Below are positions 41,903 to 54,240 of a DNA stretch of 64,000 nt, one piece after another. This DNA is from Eledone cirrhosa (taxonomy: Eukaryota), in the NCBI GenBank assembly GCA_964016885.1, contig OZ024748.1:54622001-54686000 (forward strand), read 5' to 3'. The translations under genes were made by a program, and so were the position numbers. The stretch's first letter is position 1. Each line of letters begins with the position of its first letter. Below the pieces are notes generated by a model. That model had not been told where the DNA came from and did no database searches. It saw only the letters and a list, made by a program, of their open reading frames with translations.

Positions 41903-42160
41903 GCCAGAAGGCTCATTTGGCCGGTGCTTATCCCGGTTTCATGGCGTGAAGCGACTGAGAGTACAAGACACCCCCCTGGACAGGACGCCAGTCCATCGCA
42001 GGGTTAAACCTCCAGCTATTGATGGTACTCATTTTCAGCTGAGTAAACTGGAGCAACGTGAAATAAAATGTCTTGCTCAAGGAAACAACACATCACCCGG
42101 TCTGAGATTTGAACTCACAACCTTTCGATTGCAAGCCTAATGCTCTAACCACTAAGCCAT
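41903..42160 (-). mobile_element. tRNA-derived CORE-type SINE, family 2 (full length)
   Basis: Minus strand: A-box TGGCTTAGTGG, B-box GAGTTCAAATC, CORE-like CCTTGAGCAAGACA...CACGTTGCTCCAGT.TACTCAGCTG, then CCCTGCGATGGACTGGCGTCCTGTCCAGG. Confidence 0.88.
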
Positions 42161-42284
42161 GTATACGTACCCGCGAATCTCTGCAAATGTATCAGTGCAT
42201 CATAACGTGTGTATGTATGTGTGTATATGTTTAACTCAAAATGCATAAAAATAACTATTCACCACCACCTCTCTCTTTGTATGT

Positions 42285-42323
<39 letters not shown>

Positions 42324-42613
42324 CACACACACATACACACAGATACACATTTATAACTTTGATAGGTTTTGGCCAGTATTGGCCTGGCCCAGGCCATGTA
42401 TAACTTTATATATATATATATATATACATATATATATAACATTGACACTGCATATACGCAAATCCACTGTTCACCCCCTCCTCTCGCACGTGTGTGTGTA
42501 TATGCGAGTTTGATACATTACATGTCCAATGTCTACATGTATGTATGTATATTTATACACTATTGTGTGTGCGTAAGTGTATGTGTAAATGAGTGTTTGT
42601 AGGTGTATGTATG

Positions 42614-42645
<32 letters not shown>

Positions 42646-43314
42646 CAGAAGAAAGAAGAATACGGCGTGGTTTGTACATGGGTTACATATGATAAAAATA
42701 GTCCTTCGTCAGTGATTTTCCAACCATCATTGGTATTTCATCGCATTAAAAATCAGATACCTCAGGTTGGTGCGAGCAATAACTAAAAAAAGTTATTGGG
42801 ACCTGAATTCGCGTAAGGCGAGGGGGACAAGTAAACAATATAGAAGGATAAAAGCAAACCGAAGATAGGAAAATAAACAAGCAACATAGTTGTCCGGTCA
42901 GCATAAGCTGGGTGGATTTCATGAGCGAGAGAGTTACAGACCGTCCGATGTGTGTGAGATGTAAGCAAGAAGAGACCCACACAAGCCAAACGGGAGGAAG
43001 TGAGAAGGGGAGAAACAGAGAGTGAGTGAGTGGAAGTGTGAGGAAGAGGTCAGTCGAGAGAAAGTGTAACTGACAGAGGGGGCGAAAGAAGGTGAGAGAA
43101 ACAGAGAGAGCGGAGAAGCAGTAAGAGAGAAACAGACAAACGCAGCCGAGGTAAATATATATATATCAGTGTGTGGTTGTATATATTTAAACCTGAGTGG
43201 TGCCAGTGGGGTCAGACAACAATATGCATCAGTTAATCATTCAGTTATGGAATATAAGTAATCTATTGAAGATCACAGATCCTGTAACACATATCTAGAC
43301 TCCATTACACACAG

Positions 43315-45005
43315 CCCCACTACATCTACCATCACCAACACCATGGCCACTACATCTACTAGCACCACCACCACGGCCACTACATCTACCACCGCTACCA
43401 CCACCACCAACACCATGGCCACTACATCTACCACCACCACCACCACTAGCACCACCACGATCATCAAATCAACCATGATCACTACAACTACCACCACCAC
43501 CATGACTACAACTACTACCACCACCATGACTACAACTACTACCACCACTACCACCACTACCACCTCTACCACCACTACCACCATGACCGCTGCAATTACC
43601 ACCACCACCACCACCACCATGAATACTACAACTACCACAACCACCGCCATCTACACCTTCGCCACCTATACCACCACCATCTATACCAGGTATGTCAAAC
43701 CTGCGGCCCTTTACAAGTACACCTGCGGCCCACACAAAGGTTTTTACAACGTGAGCATATTTTATCTTCGTAATATAAAATTTAAAAAAAAATAGTTGTA
43801 ATGTGCGCAATTAGTTGTCGAGTGTGGCCCTCAGACAACACATGCGTGACCCATGTGGCCCTCGGGGGGACCCTCACTTTAACAAGCCTGAACTATACCA
43901 CCACCACTAACATTATTATGATCCACAGGCCCACAATTACCCCCCTCTCACCACCATCAAAACTTCCACCATCACCACCACTAGTATCATGACTAACATC
44001 AACAGTACCAATTGTACTAGTACCGTACCGCCATCATTATCTCACTCACCACCAATGCCACAACCTCCACAATCACTATTAGCACTCCCATCACTATCCC
44101 ACACATTACCAACACTAAATCCAACACCACCACCAACAACAACAACAACAACAATAACTACAAAACTACAAATACATCCAACAAAAACATTAAAACGACC
44201 CCCCCCCCCCCACCCCACCACCGCCCAGAAAACCACCACTGCAACCCACAACTTCAAAACTAGCCCCACCATCAACAACAGCACCCCCACCACCTCCAAC
44301 AAAACTAACCCTACCACCACCACCACCACCACCACCATCAACAAAACTAACCCTACCACCACCACCACCACCACCAACAACAACAAAACTAACCCTACCA
44401 CCACCACCAAAAAAATTGCCACTGCAATGCACATCAAAACTACTACCCCCCCCACTGCAACCCACAACACCAAAACTAGCCCCACCTTCAACAACAATAA
44501 ACCCCACCACCACCACCACAACAACACTAACCTCACCATCACCACCAAAACTAACCCTACCACCACCTCCAATAGCAACAACACTAACACCACCGTCGCC
44601 ACCGACAACAGCAACACTAACCTTCTCAACCCTCAGCCACCACCACCACCACCACCGCCACACCATCACCACCGCCATCATCATTACCACCGCTCACACC
44701 GCCACCATCACCACGGCCACCATCACCACCGCCGCCACCATCACCACATCACCACTACTACCACCGCCACCACTACTACCATCAGATAGCTCCACCACTA
44801 CTACCATCACCACCGCCACCATCACCACATCACCACTACTACCACCGCCACCACTACTACCATCACCACCGCCACCACTACTACCATCACCACCGCCACC
44901 ACTACTACCATCACCACCGCCACCACTACTACCATCACCACCGCCACCACTACTACCATCACCACCGCCACCACTACTATCACCACCGCCACCACCACCA
45001 CCAGT
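43315..45005. repeat. (ACC/ACT/AAC)n low-complexity region
   Basis: Trinucleotide-based tract with local 21-bp units CCACCGCCACCACTACTACCATCA-like. Confidence 0.9.
43687..43890. mobile_element. hAT (Charlie-like) MITE
   Basis: TIRs CAGGTATGTCAAAC / TTTAACAAGCCTG. 8-bp TSD ATCTATAC / AACTATAC (7/8). Subterminal TGYGGCCC repeated four times. Confidence 0.8.
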
Positions 45006-45313
45006 ACTCACACATTGCAATTGCTGGGACGATATGTTGACAGACGCGCTACTCAGATAAGGACTATTATAAACACTCTTGGATCAGACTCTATTACGAC
45101 ACCGTCACATGACCAATCGGTTATGAATGTATGCCTTGTATGTTTGTGTGTGTGTGTGTGTGTGTGTATGTGTGTCTGTACGTGTGGGGTTTTCAAGTAA
45201 CCCTAAATGTATACACTCAATTATATATATTGTGTAAAGAAATATATATTTCAGAAGATCCCGTTAAGGGTGAAAGCAGCGATTCTTTGCTTAAACTTTA
45301 ATCTGTTATTTTA

Positions 45314-45317
<4 letters not shown>

Positions 45318-45353
<36 letters not shown>

Positions 45354-45732
45354 AATGATATTAAATAAATGGAAACTATATTTATAAAACCATATATATA
45401 TATTTATGATATATATATATATATATGATATATATATATAATATATATATATATATATGATATATATATATATGATATATATATATGATATATATATATA
45501 TGATATATATATATATGATATATATATATATATATATGATATATATATATATATTTATGATATATATATATATATGATATATATATATATTTATGATATA
45601 TGATATACATATATATATATTTATGATATATATATATATATATATCTATTATATTTATATATATATATATATTTATGATATATATATATTTATGATATAT
45701 GATATATATATATATATATATATATATTTATG

Positions 45733-45765
<33 letters not shown>

Positions 45766-45775
45766 ATATTATATT

Positions 45776-45858
<83 letters not shown>

Positions 45859-46130
45859 ATATTATATTTATATATATATATATTATATTTATTTATATAT
45901 ATATATATTATATTTATATATATATATATATATATATGATATTTATATATATATACATATATATGATATTTATATATATATATATATATATGATATTTAT
46001 ATATATATATATATATATATGATATTTATATATATATACATATATATGATATTTATATATATATATATATATATGATATTTATATATATATATATATATA
46101 TATGATATTTATATTGATATATATATATAT
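45318..46130. repeat. (TA)n microsatellite with TGA/TTTA interruptions
   Basis: Direct inspection. Confidence 0.9.
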
Positions 46131-46134
46131 GAGG

Positions 46135-46262
46135 AAGAATTGACTCTAGTACTAGACTGGTACTTTTTTCAAATCGACCTCGAATGGATGAAAGGCAATG
46201 TTGACCTCGGTGGGATTTGAACTCAGAGCAGAGAGCCGAAACGAATACCAATTCACCGCCTT
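46135..46262 (-). mobile_element. SINE family 1, degraded copy
   Basis: ACTGGTACT...GGATGAAAGGCAATGTTGACCTCGGTGGGATTTGAACTCAGA...CCAATTCACCGCC. Confidence 0.75.
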
Positions 46263-46268
46263 ACATAC

Positions 46269-46308
<40 letters not shown>

Positions 46309-46628
46309 AGGATCTGCTCCGAAATCAATAGAAGTGTCTGAGGAACCTGTGAATCCAGAGTCAGGTCGATCTAAACACACAGATCGCACCTCGAGCTGTT
46401 CGCCGGGGAAACAATTGTTCGGATGCCTCACTGATTTCTCGTTTTCCATTATATCATATTGATAAAAGGCCATGGGCGCGCTGCTGATCGATTTCGATGT
46501 CCTGTTTTAAGCGCCGAAACATCTATGATCTGCAGTTAACAGCTGACGAAGGATTTCTTCTCTATTTTAGTCCATATTACCATCTTAAACTTTGTTTACA
46601 ATAACCACACAGCCTACTTCGTTTCTTG

Positions 46629-46676
<48 letters not shown>

Positions 46677-47769
46677 ACTGCTACTTTTACCAGGTCGAGT
46701 GACTACGTAGAGCCTCGGGACAAACGTTAGTGTAGATGACCGTTCTTGAGGACTTCCGAGAGAGAGATCATCAAACTTTTCCCACCTACGTGTAACGGAG
46801 TAGACTCCAATAATTAAACCTAACCCAATCGGCAGAGATAAACCGGGCGACAGATTAACAGTACCAACCAAGTTGGTCTTGGTAGGACTTGAACCCGGAA
46901 CACAACAAGCTGGAAAATAATACTGCAAGACCGTCTAATACTCTAATATTTCTGTGAATCCCCCACCCCAGACTGGTACCTTAATTATCAGCCCCGGGAG
47001 AATGAAAGACGATGTGAACTTACAACGTAAAGAGCTTAAATAAATAAATACTCCATGACATTTCATTTTAATGACTAACGTTTTTCTTAATTCATCGATT
47101 TTGCCTCAACGTCGCTGTTGTGGTCCCTATTGTTGTTGCTGCTACTGCTGCTGCTGCTGCTACTGCTACTGCTGCTGCTGCTGATAATAATAATAATAGT
47201 AGATGGTATAATCAACACAGCCCTATTTTTAACTCCACTTTTTCTACATTTCATTTTCTCATCTCATCTCATCTCATCTCCTTTCACTCAACTATCGAAA
47301 TCTCAGGGCTTCCTTTTAACGGTGACCTCAGTAGATGTAGATGTGACGTCAGCTGACCGAAACGTCACCATCTGCATCTGATGGCACTTTAAACTCGCTC
47401 TTCTGCCAAAAATTACCGAAACGATGACGATGACGACGTCAAGGACAAAAAGCGACAACAATAACCCGTGACCCCTCTTTCTCCACCAAAGACAAAGAAT
47501 ACAACAACAAACAACAAAAGAAAGAAAAGAATAAATCTCAACAGTAACTGCACCACCACCAACACTGATAATAATAATAATAATAATAGTAATAATAATT
47601 ACGGTAGCAGAAAATATAAGAATGTCCTCCAATACGCTCTCGGCTCTAAAAGCATAAATGATTAATAGAGGTTTCCTTAGTTGCTTTCTCGTTATTCATA
47701 GTATCTTGATGTTTTTTTTTATTTAAGTCCGTCACACATATTCTTCCGTCCTCGTGTGTGTGTGAGGAT

Positions 47770-48008
47770 ATATATATATATATATATATATATACGTACA
47801 TTCTCTCTCTCCCTCCCCCCCCCACTCTCTAGAGAATGTACGTATAAATAGATATAGAATGTACGTATATGTGTGTGTATTTGTATGTATACATATATAT
47901 ATATATATAAAATGTACGTATATGTGTCTATATGTGTGTGTATATGTATGTATACATATATATATAATGTATGTATACATATATATATAATGTACGTATA
48001 TGTGTGTG

Positions 48009-48040
<32 letters not shown>

Positions 48041-48159
48041 TGTATGTATGTATGTATGTATGTATGTATGTATGTATATATATAGAGAGAGAGAGAATGT
48101 ACATATGTGTGTGTATATATATATAGAATGTACATATGTGTGTGTATTTGTATGTATAC

Positions 48160-48190
<31 letters not shown>

Positions 48191-48283
48191 ACGTATATGT
48201 GTCTATATGTGTGTGTATATGTATGTATACATATATATATAATGTATGTATACATATATATATAATGTACGTATATGTGTGTG

Positions 48284-48315
<32 letters not shown>

Positions 48316-48333
48316 TGTATGTATGTATGTATG

Positions 48334-48365
<32 letters not shown>

Positions 48366-48422
48366 ATGTACATATGTGTGTGTATATATATATAGAATGT
48401 ACATGTGTGTGTATTTGTATGT

Positions 48423-48459
<37 letters not shown>

Positions 48460-48726
48460 ACGTATATGTGTCTATATGTGTGTGTATATGTATGTATACA
48501 TATATATATAATGTACGTATATGTGTGTGTATATGTATGTATACATATATAATGTACGTATGTGTGTGTATATGCATATATACATATATAATGTACGTAT
48601 GTGTGTATATGCATACATATATAATATACGTATGTGTGTGTGTACGTGTATGTATACATATATATTTATAACGTACGTATATGTGTGTATATATATATAT
48701 ATAAGAATGTATATATGTGCGTGTGC

Positions 48727-48785
<59 letters not shown>

Positions 48786-48808
48786 AACGTATATATGTAT
48801 ATATGTGC

Positions 48809-48839
<31 letters not shown>

Positions 48840-49100
48840 AGAACGTATATATGTACGTGTGTGTATATAAGTATATATACGTATATATATATCAGAAAGT
48901 ATATATGTATATATGTACGTGTGTGTATATAAGTATATATATATCAGAAAGTATATATGTATATATGTTCGTGTGTATATATAAATTCATAAATAGAAAC
49001 ATAGACGTATCCGCGCACACACGCACACGCACACACACACACACGCACACACACACGCACACGCACACACACGCACACACACACACACACACACACATAT
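47770..49100. repeat. Compound TA/TG/TATG microsatellite with a duplicated ~260-bp block
   Basis: AATGTACGTATATGTG landmarks repeat. Blocks at about 47860-48120 and 48125-48390 are near-duplicates. Confidence 0.8.
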
Positions 49101-49269
49101 TCCCATACACATACATAAATATAGGCACCACCATCAAAGACGTTTGATTTATACTTAATTCCTTAATGTTTTAAGACGTCAGATATGAGAGTAAAGGTTG
49201 TTTGAGGTGTGGAGATGGGTCGTTGCAAAACTGAAATATACACATATATATATATCTCTCTCTCTTGTT

Positions 49270-50545
49270 GCGTCTCTCTCGCTGTCTCTAGCTGTCTCTC
49301 TCTCACTCGCTGTCTCTCTCACTCGCTGTCTCTCGCTGTCTCTCTCTCACTCGCTGTCTCTCGCTGTCTCTCTCTCACTCGCTGTCTCTCGCTGTCTCTC
49401 TCTCACTCGCTCGCTGTCTCTCGCTGTGTCTCTCTCACTCGCTGTCTCTCGCTGTCTCTCTCTCACTCGCTGTCTCTCGCTGTGTCTCTCTCTCGCTGTC
49501 TGTCGCTGTCTCTCTCTCACTCGCTGTCTCTCGCTGTGTCTCTCTCTCGCTGTCACTCGCTGTCTCTCGCTGTCTCTCTCTCACTCGCTGTCTCTCTCTC
49601 ACTCGCTGTCTCTCGCTGTCTCTCTCTCACTCGCTGTCTCTCGCTGTCTCTCTCTCACTCGCTGTCTCTCGCTGTCTCTCTCTCACTCGCTGTCTCTCGC
49701 TGTGTCTCTCTCTCGCTGTCTGTCGCTGTCTCTCTCTCACTCGCTGTCTCTCGCTGTGTCTCTCTCTCGCTGTCACTCGCTGTCTCTCGCTGTCTCTCTC
49801 TCACTCGCTGTCTCTCGCTGTCTCTCTCTCACTCGCTGTCTCTCGCTGTCTCTCTCTCACTCGCTGTCTCTCGCTGTGTCTCTCTCTCGCTGTCTGTCGC
49901 TGTCTCTCTCTCTCACTCGCTGTCTCTCGCTGTCTCTCGCTGTCTCTCTCTCACTCGCTGTCTCTCGCTGTCTCTCTCTCACTCGCTGTCTCTCGCTGTA
50001 TCTCTCTCGCTGTCCCTCGCTGCCTCTCTCTCTCGCTTCCTCTCTCGCTGCCTCTCTCTTCCTCTCTCTCTCGCTGCCTCTCTCTTCCTCTCTCTCTCGC
50101 TGCCTCTCTCTCTCGCTTCCTCTCTCTCTCGCTGTCTCTCTCTCTCGCTGTCTCACTCTCGCTGTCTCTCTCTCTCTCGCTGTCTCTCTCTCACGCTGTC
50201 TCTCGTTCTCACGTTCTCGTTCTCGCACTCTCGCTGTCTCTCGCGCTCTCGCGCTCTCGCTGTCTCTCGCACTCTCGCTGTCTCTCGCGCTCTCGCGCTC
50301 TCGCTGTCTCTCGCGCTCTCGCGCTCGCGCTGTCTCTCGCACTCTCACTCTTTCGCTGTCTCTCGCGCTGTCTCTCACGCTCTCACTCTCTCACTCTCTC
50401 GCTGTCTCTCGCTCTCTCGTTCTCGCTCTCTCGTTCTCGCTCTCGCTCTCTCGCTCTCTAGCTCTCTTGCTCTCTCGCTCTCACTCTCTCGCTTTCGCTC
50501 GCTCTCTCGCTCGCTCTCACTCTCGCTCTCTCGCTCGCTCTCGCC
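49270..50545. repeat. CTCGCTGTCTCT-based simple satellite
   Basis: Units TCGCTGTCTC and TCGCTGTCTCTCTCTCAC, decaying toward the 3' end. Confidence 0.92.
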
Positions 50546-50640
50546 CAGTGAAACCCTCACTCAGACATTAAGGACACACTCGCTTCTATCGTGTCCCACA
50601 TCTGAGGCCACCCCACTAACGACCCAGTATTCCCTTCAAA

Positions 50641-50823
50641 TAATTGTTTCTACTTTTGGCACAAGGCCAGCAATTACCCAGTACATTACTGGTATTTTAT
50701 TTTATCGACCCCGTAAGGAAGAAAGGCAAAGTTAACCTCGACGGGATTTGAACTCAGACCGTAAAGAAACGTAAATATGCTAGAAAACATGGCGTCCAAC
50801 CCTCTACCGATACTGCCAATTCA
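50641..50823 (-). mobile_element. SINE family 1
   Basis: Full head, B-box and short-type tail. Confidence 0.9.
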
Positions 50824-51039
50824 ATGTCGAACATCTACAAAACCTTTCCCTATACATGTTTTTTATGCAGAGGTCGATCTGCAACAAATTAAACAGAACA
50901 TCAACAGCTTCGGGCTCAGAGGGCCTAAAAAGGTCAAGAACACAACCCCTTTCTCAAGACCTAGCAAAAACAAAACAACAAAACTGAAACAAACATGAAA
51001 ACGGTTAATTGAAATGTATATCATTTAACGAGTGTGTGT

Positions 51040-51103
<64 letters not shown>

Positions 51104-51227
51104 ATATATGTGTGTGTATATATATATGTGTGTGTGTGTATATGTGTGTGTATATATATATGTGTGTGTGTGTGTGTATATATGTGTGTGTATATATATG
51201 TGTGTGTGTATATATATATATATATAT

Positions 51228-51841
51228 GTCAGGTCACCAGTTGGTGCTACTGGTAACATGTATCCCAGTACAACCTGTCTCATGGTCGGGTCGTTGGCGA
51301 CGAAACTGGCAACCCCACCAAGGTTTCTTGGTGAGGAGGGTGACTTTGGACATCCTGCAGGTATAAAAACAAAACCTGTCAAAGGGCAAAGGTGCTCTTA
51401 AGAGTCAATGGCCATCCAAAATCACCGAGAGAGATGACCCCTTAGCCTTTGTCAAGGCAGAATTCTAGGAGAAGGAAAACTCTGATATGACACCTGCAAA
51501 CCTGATGGTATCCAATGATGTTGACTTGTTCTTCTTTTTGGTAAATATCATCTTGGTTAAGAGAGTGGGACTGGCTTTGTGCAGTGCCTTTGCTCACTAT
51601 AAAAGCTTCACGGCACAGGCATTGCTTTATACCTGGAGATCTCTCTGCACTTGTCGTCACATGGTACCATGGGCCCAGCACTATGTGTCAATAATTGTCG
51701 CAAGTGTAGTGTTTGTACCAGAGTTTTCAAGTCGCTGGCTGGACTAAAAAGTCACACTCGTTCAGCGCATCGGTAGGGGTTCTCCTACATGGATATAAAG
51801 TAGTGGCCGTACTCGAAAACGAGTTGACAGCCACCACCATA
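51228..51841 (+). mobile_element. Complete non-autonomous bipartite RTE-derived retroposon (~610 bp)
   Basis: An RTE-like 5' UTR is joined to an ORF end [24 protein letters not shown] (C2H2) and the 3' terminus CTCGAAAACGAGTTGACAGCC(ACC)n. Inserted in a TA/TG tract. Confidence 0.75.
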
Positions 51842-51905
51842 TGTGTGTGTGTATATATATATATATACACAAACATATATATATATATAGGTATATATAT
51901 ATATA

Positions 51906-51944
<39 letters not shown>

Positions 51945-51974
51945 ATATATATATATATATGTATATATATATGT

Positions 51975-52031
<57 letters not shown>

Positions 52032-52039
52032 ATGTACAT

Positions 52040-52860
52040 ATATTAGATTTCAGAAAAATTTATCGGTCTTTTAAAAAATGATTACATGTAAAACTAAAAA
52101 TAAAAGTGATCTAATATTTTATTTTTTCTTTCAGAAATATTTAATGTCCTGTTGAGAGCAATTTCAGTTGATACGGTGTAGATGAGACACATTTACGAGA
52201 TATTCTACGGATTTGAAAAAAGGGTTCATCAGCTTCTGAAATGTTAAGGAATATTTTTTACTGTTTATAGAAATATATCTTTTAAGTGTCAGAATATGCC
52301 ACTGATTGTTTGTTGAACATCCATTAGCTTAGTAAAGTGACAGCATTTGAGCCACGGGTTCACTGTTTATAGAAATATATCTTTTAAGAGTCAGAATATG
52401 CCACTGATAGTTTGTTGAACATTTCTCTTGATCCTGGTCAACCGACCTTGAACAACAACCATAAACCACGTCCATGAGCTTGAGGTACGGGTTCTCTGCT
52501 TATGGTTGCACAACAACCATAAACCACATATATGAGCTTGGTAAAGTGTCAGATGTTGAGCCATGGGTTTACTGTTTATGGAAATATATCTTTTAAGTGT
52601 CAGAGCATGCCACTGATGTTGCACAACAACCATAAAGAGCCTGGTAAAGTGACAGAACTTGAGCCGCGGGTTCACTGTTTATAGAAAGACTTTTAAGTGT
52701 CAGAACATGACCCTGATCTTTTGTTGAACATTTATCTTGATTCTGGCTGACCCACATTGCACAACAACCATAAACCACATCTATGAGCTTGGTAAACTGA
52801 CGGAACTTGAGCAATGGGTTCCACATGATCTAATTCAATCAGATAGTTACCATATGTTTA
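52040..52860 (+). mobile_element. mariner transposase N-terminal remnant with internal tandem duplications
   Basis: DETHLRDIL...KGSSASEMLRNIFTVY (HTH region) and HIYELGKLTELEQWVPHDL (mariner WVPHEL motif). ACTGTTTAT.GAAA..TTTTAAG.GTCAGA recurs at about 52260, 52362, 52571 and 52674. Confidence 0.8.
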
Positions 52861-53358
52861 TTTTAAGGACAAGGATTGTCATCAATGATATCCGGAAAAG
52901 ATCTCCACTTGTAATTAATTCTCTGGTGCTATTGTCCATAGTCCTCGACACTCAGCCATGACAATGGCAAGGCACCAGGAATTAAATCTCTCCTGTTTTG
53001 TTCCGATGTCGTTGTCTATCGATTATATCTATTGAGTCCCATCTGATCAGAACAATTCTTTGTTTCTTTTTTCATTGAGTCACTAGATTAGATATTCAAC
53101 CGTAATCAATACAATGTGTGTGGCAACTAGACTAACACCAGTGATTGATTTCGTAAATAATCACACACACACACACGCACACACACGCACACGCGCACAC
53201 GCAAACGCGCACACGCAAACGCGCACACGCAAACGCGCACACGCACACGCACACACGCGCACACGCACACGCACACACGCACACACACTTACACACACAT
53301 ATATAGTATTAGAATAAAGGAACAAAGAGTCACTGTTGCATCATAACATATTTAATAA

Positions 53359-53448
53359 CTTATTACAAATGTTTCACTGTCGATCAGCTCGAGGAACGTT
53401 CTATTATTGATCAAACCTGACTCTAGAATCGAAAGATCCTCAGATATG
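53359..53448 (-). ncRNA. Type I hammerhead with extended stem II
   Basis: Minus strand CATAT-CTGAGGA-T-CT.TCGAT...ATCGA.AG-T-GAAAC-ATTT-GTA-ATAAG. Confidence 0.55.
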
Positions 53449-53592
53449 CCTCGGTATCTACGCTTATCTCCGACTCTCTGCGAATTTCGCCAGTAGCTTG
53501 TTATATTCAGTACATCCTAACAACGTGGTATTCCGTGTCCTCTCATTGGTTCGTTATTTCCCCACCATCAGTTTATCTCCAAAATATATATA

Positions 53593-53785
53593 TGAGGGTC
53601 GGGTGAAAAGTTCATAGGCTGACTATGAAGGACTGATACTAGAGCTGTGGGTTCTTGCAGGCATCAATTTCAACTCATTATTAACTGTATTGTTTCTTAT
53701 CAGGAACCATGTTGAAAACTAAACCTCATTTAGACATTCCTTGAGAACATCCCGGTCAGCCTATGCACTTTTCGATCGACCCTTG
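53593..53785. mobile_element. mariner-type MITE
   Basis: ~31-bp TIRs TGAGGGTCGGGTGAAAAGTTCATAGGCTGAC / GTCAGCCTATGCACTTTTCGATCGACCCTTG. TA at the left flank. Confidence 0.85.
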
Positions 53786-53810
53786 TGTGTGTGTATAAAT
53801 ATATATATAT

Positions 53811-54012
53811 ATATTAAAAACAAAGCGAGGTTTCACATTAAGGTCTTTATTGTCAAATGGGTGGCGCAAGATCTATGTAAATGCTTTAGACTCGACTCCA
53901 GCCCGATCCAATTGCATTTACATAGTTCCTGAGCCACCCATCTGCGAAAGGGTCGTAATTGTATAGAGTCAATAAAGACCTTAATAAGAAACCTCGCTTA
54001 GTTTTTGATATA
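53811..54012. mobile_element. Foldback element in a TA tract (Penelope-like terminus with inverted copy)
   Basis: Outer arms 53811-53852 / 53970-54012. Inner arms ATGGGTGGC..CTATGTAAATGC / GCATTTACATAG..GCCACCCAT. Confidence 0.65.
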
Positions 54013-54083
54013 TACATTCTTCCTTAGCCTAGAATGGTAATTTTGGTACTTTCCTCAGTACACCACGAATCTACTGAACCGCT

Positions 54084-54120
<37 letters not shown>

Positions 54121-54121
<1 letters not shown>

Positions 54122-54240
54122 TGCTGAGTGGTTAGGGAATTAAATTCACTATCATGAGGTTCTGAGCTCATTTCCGGACCGGGTGATGCGTTATGTCCTT
54201 GGGCAAGACACTGTATTTCACGTTACTCCTTCTACCTGGA
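54121..54240 (+). mobile_element. CORE-type SINE family 2, 5' half
   Basis: GCTGAGTGGTTAG...GACCGGGTGATGCGTT..CCTTGGGCAAGACACTGTATTTCACGTT. Confidence 0.75.

Noticed and set aside
42090-42160. tRNA gene
   Set aside because: The A and B boxes belong to a SINE head, with no acceptor stem. The same applies to the other SINE copies.
43273-45060. Mucin-like Thr-rich, His-rich and Gly-rich ORFs
   Set aside because: They are open in many frames on both strands, are interrupted by a hAT MITE, and have no signal peptide or splice evidence. This is an (ACC)n tract.
51290-51345. Twister ribozyme suggested by GAGGAGGGT
   Set aside because: The GCCGGUCCCAAGCCCGG-type P4/L4 module and the UAA cleavage strand are absent.
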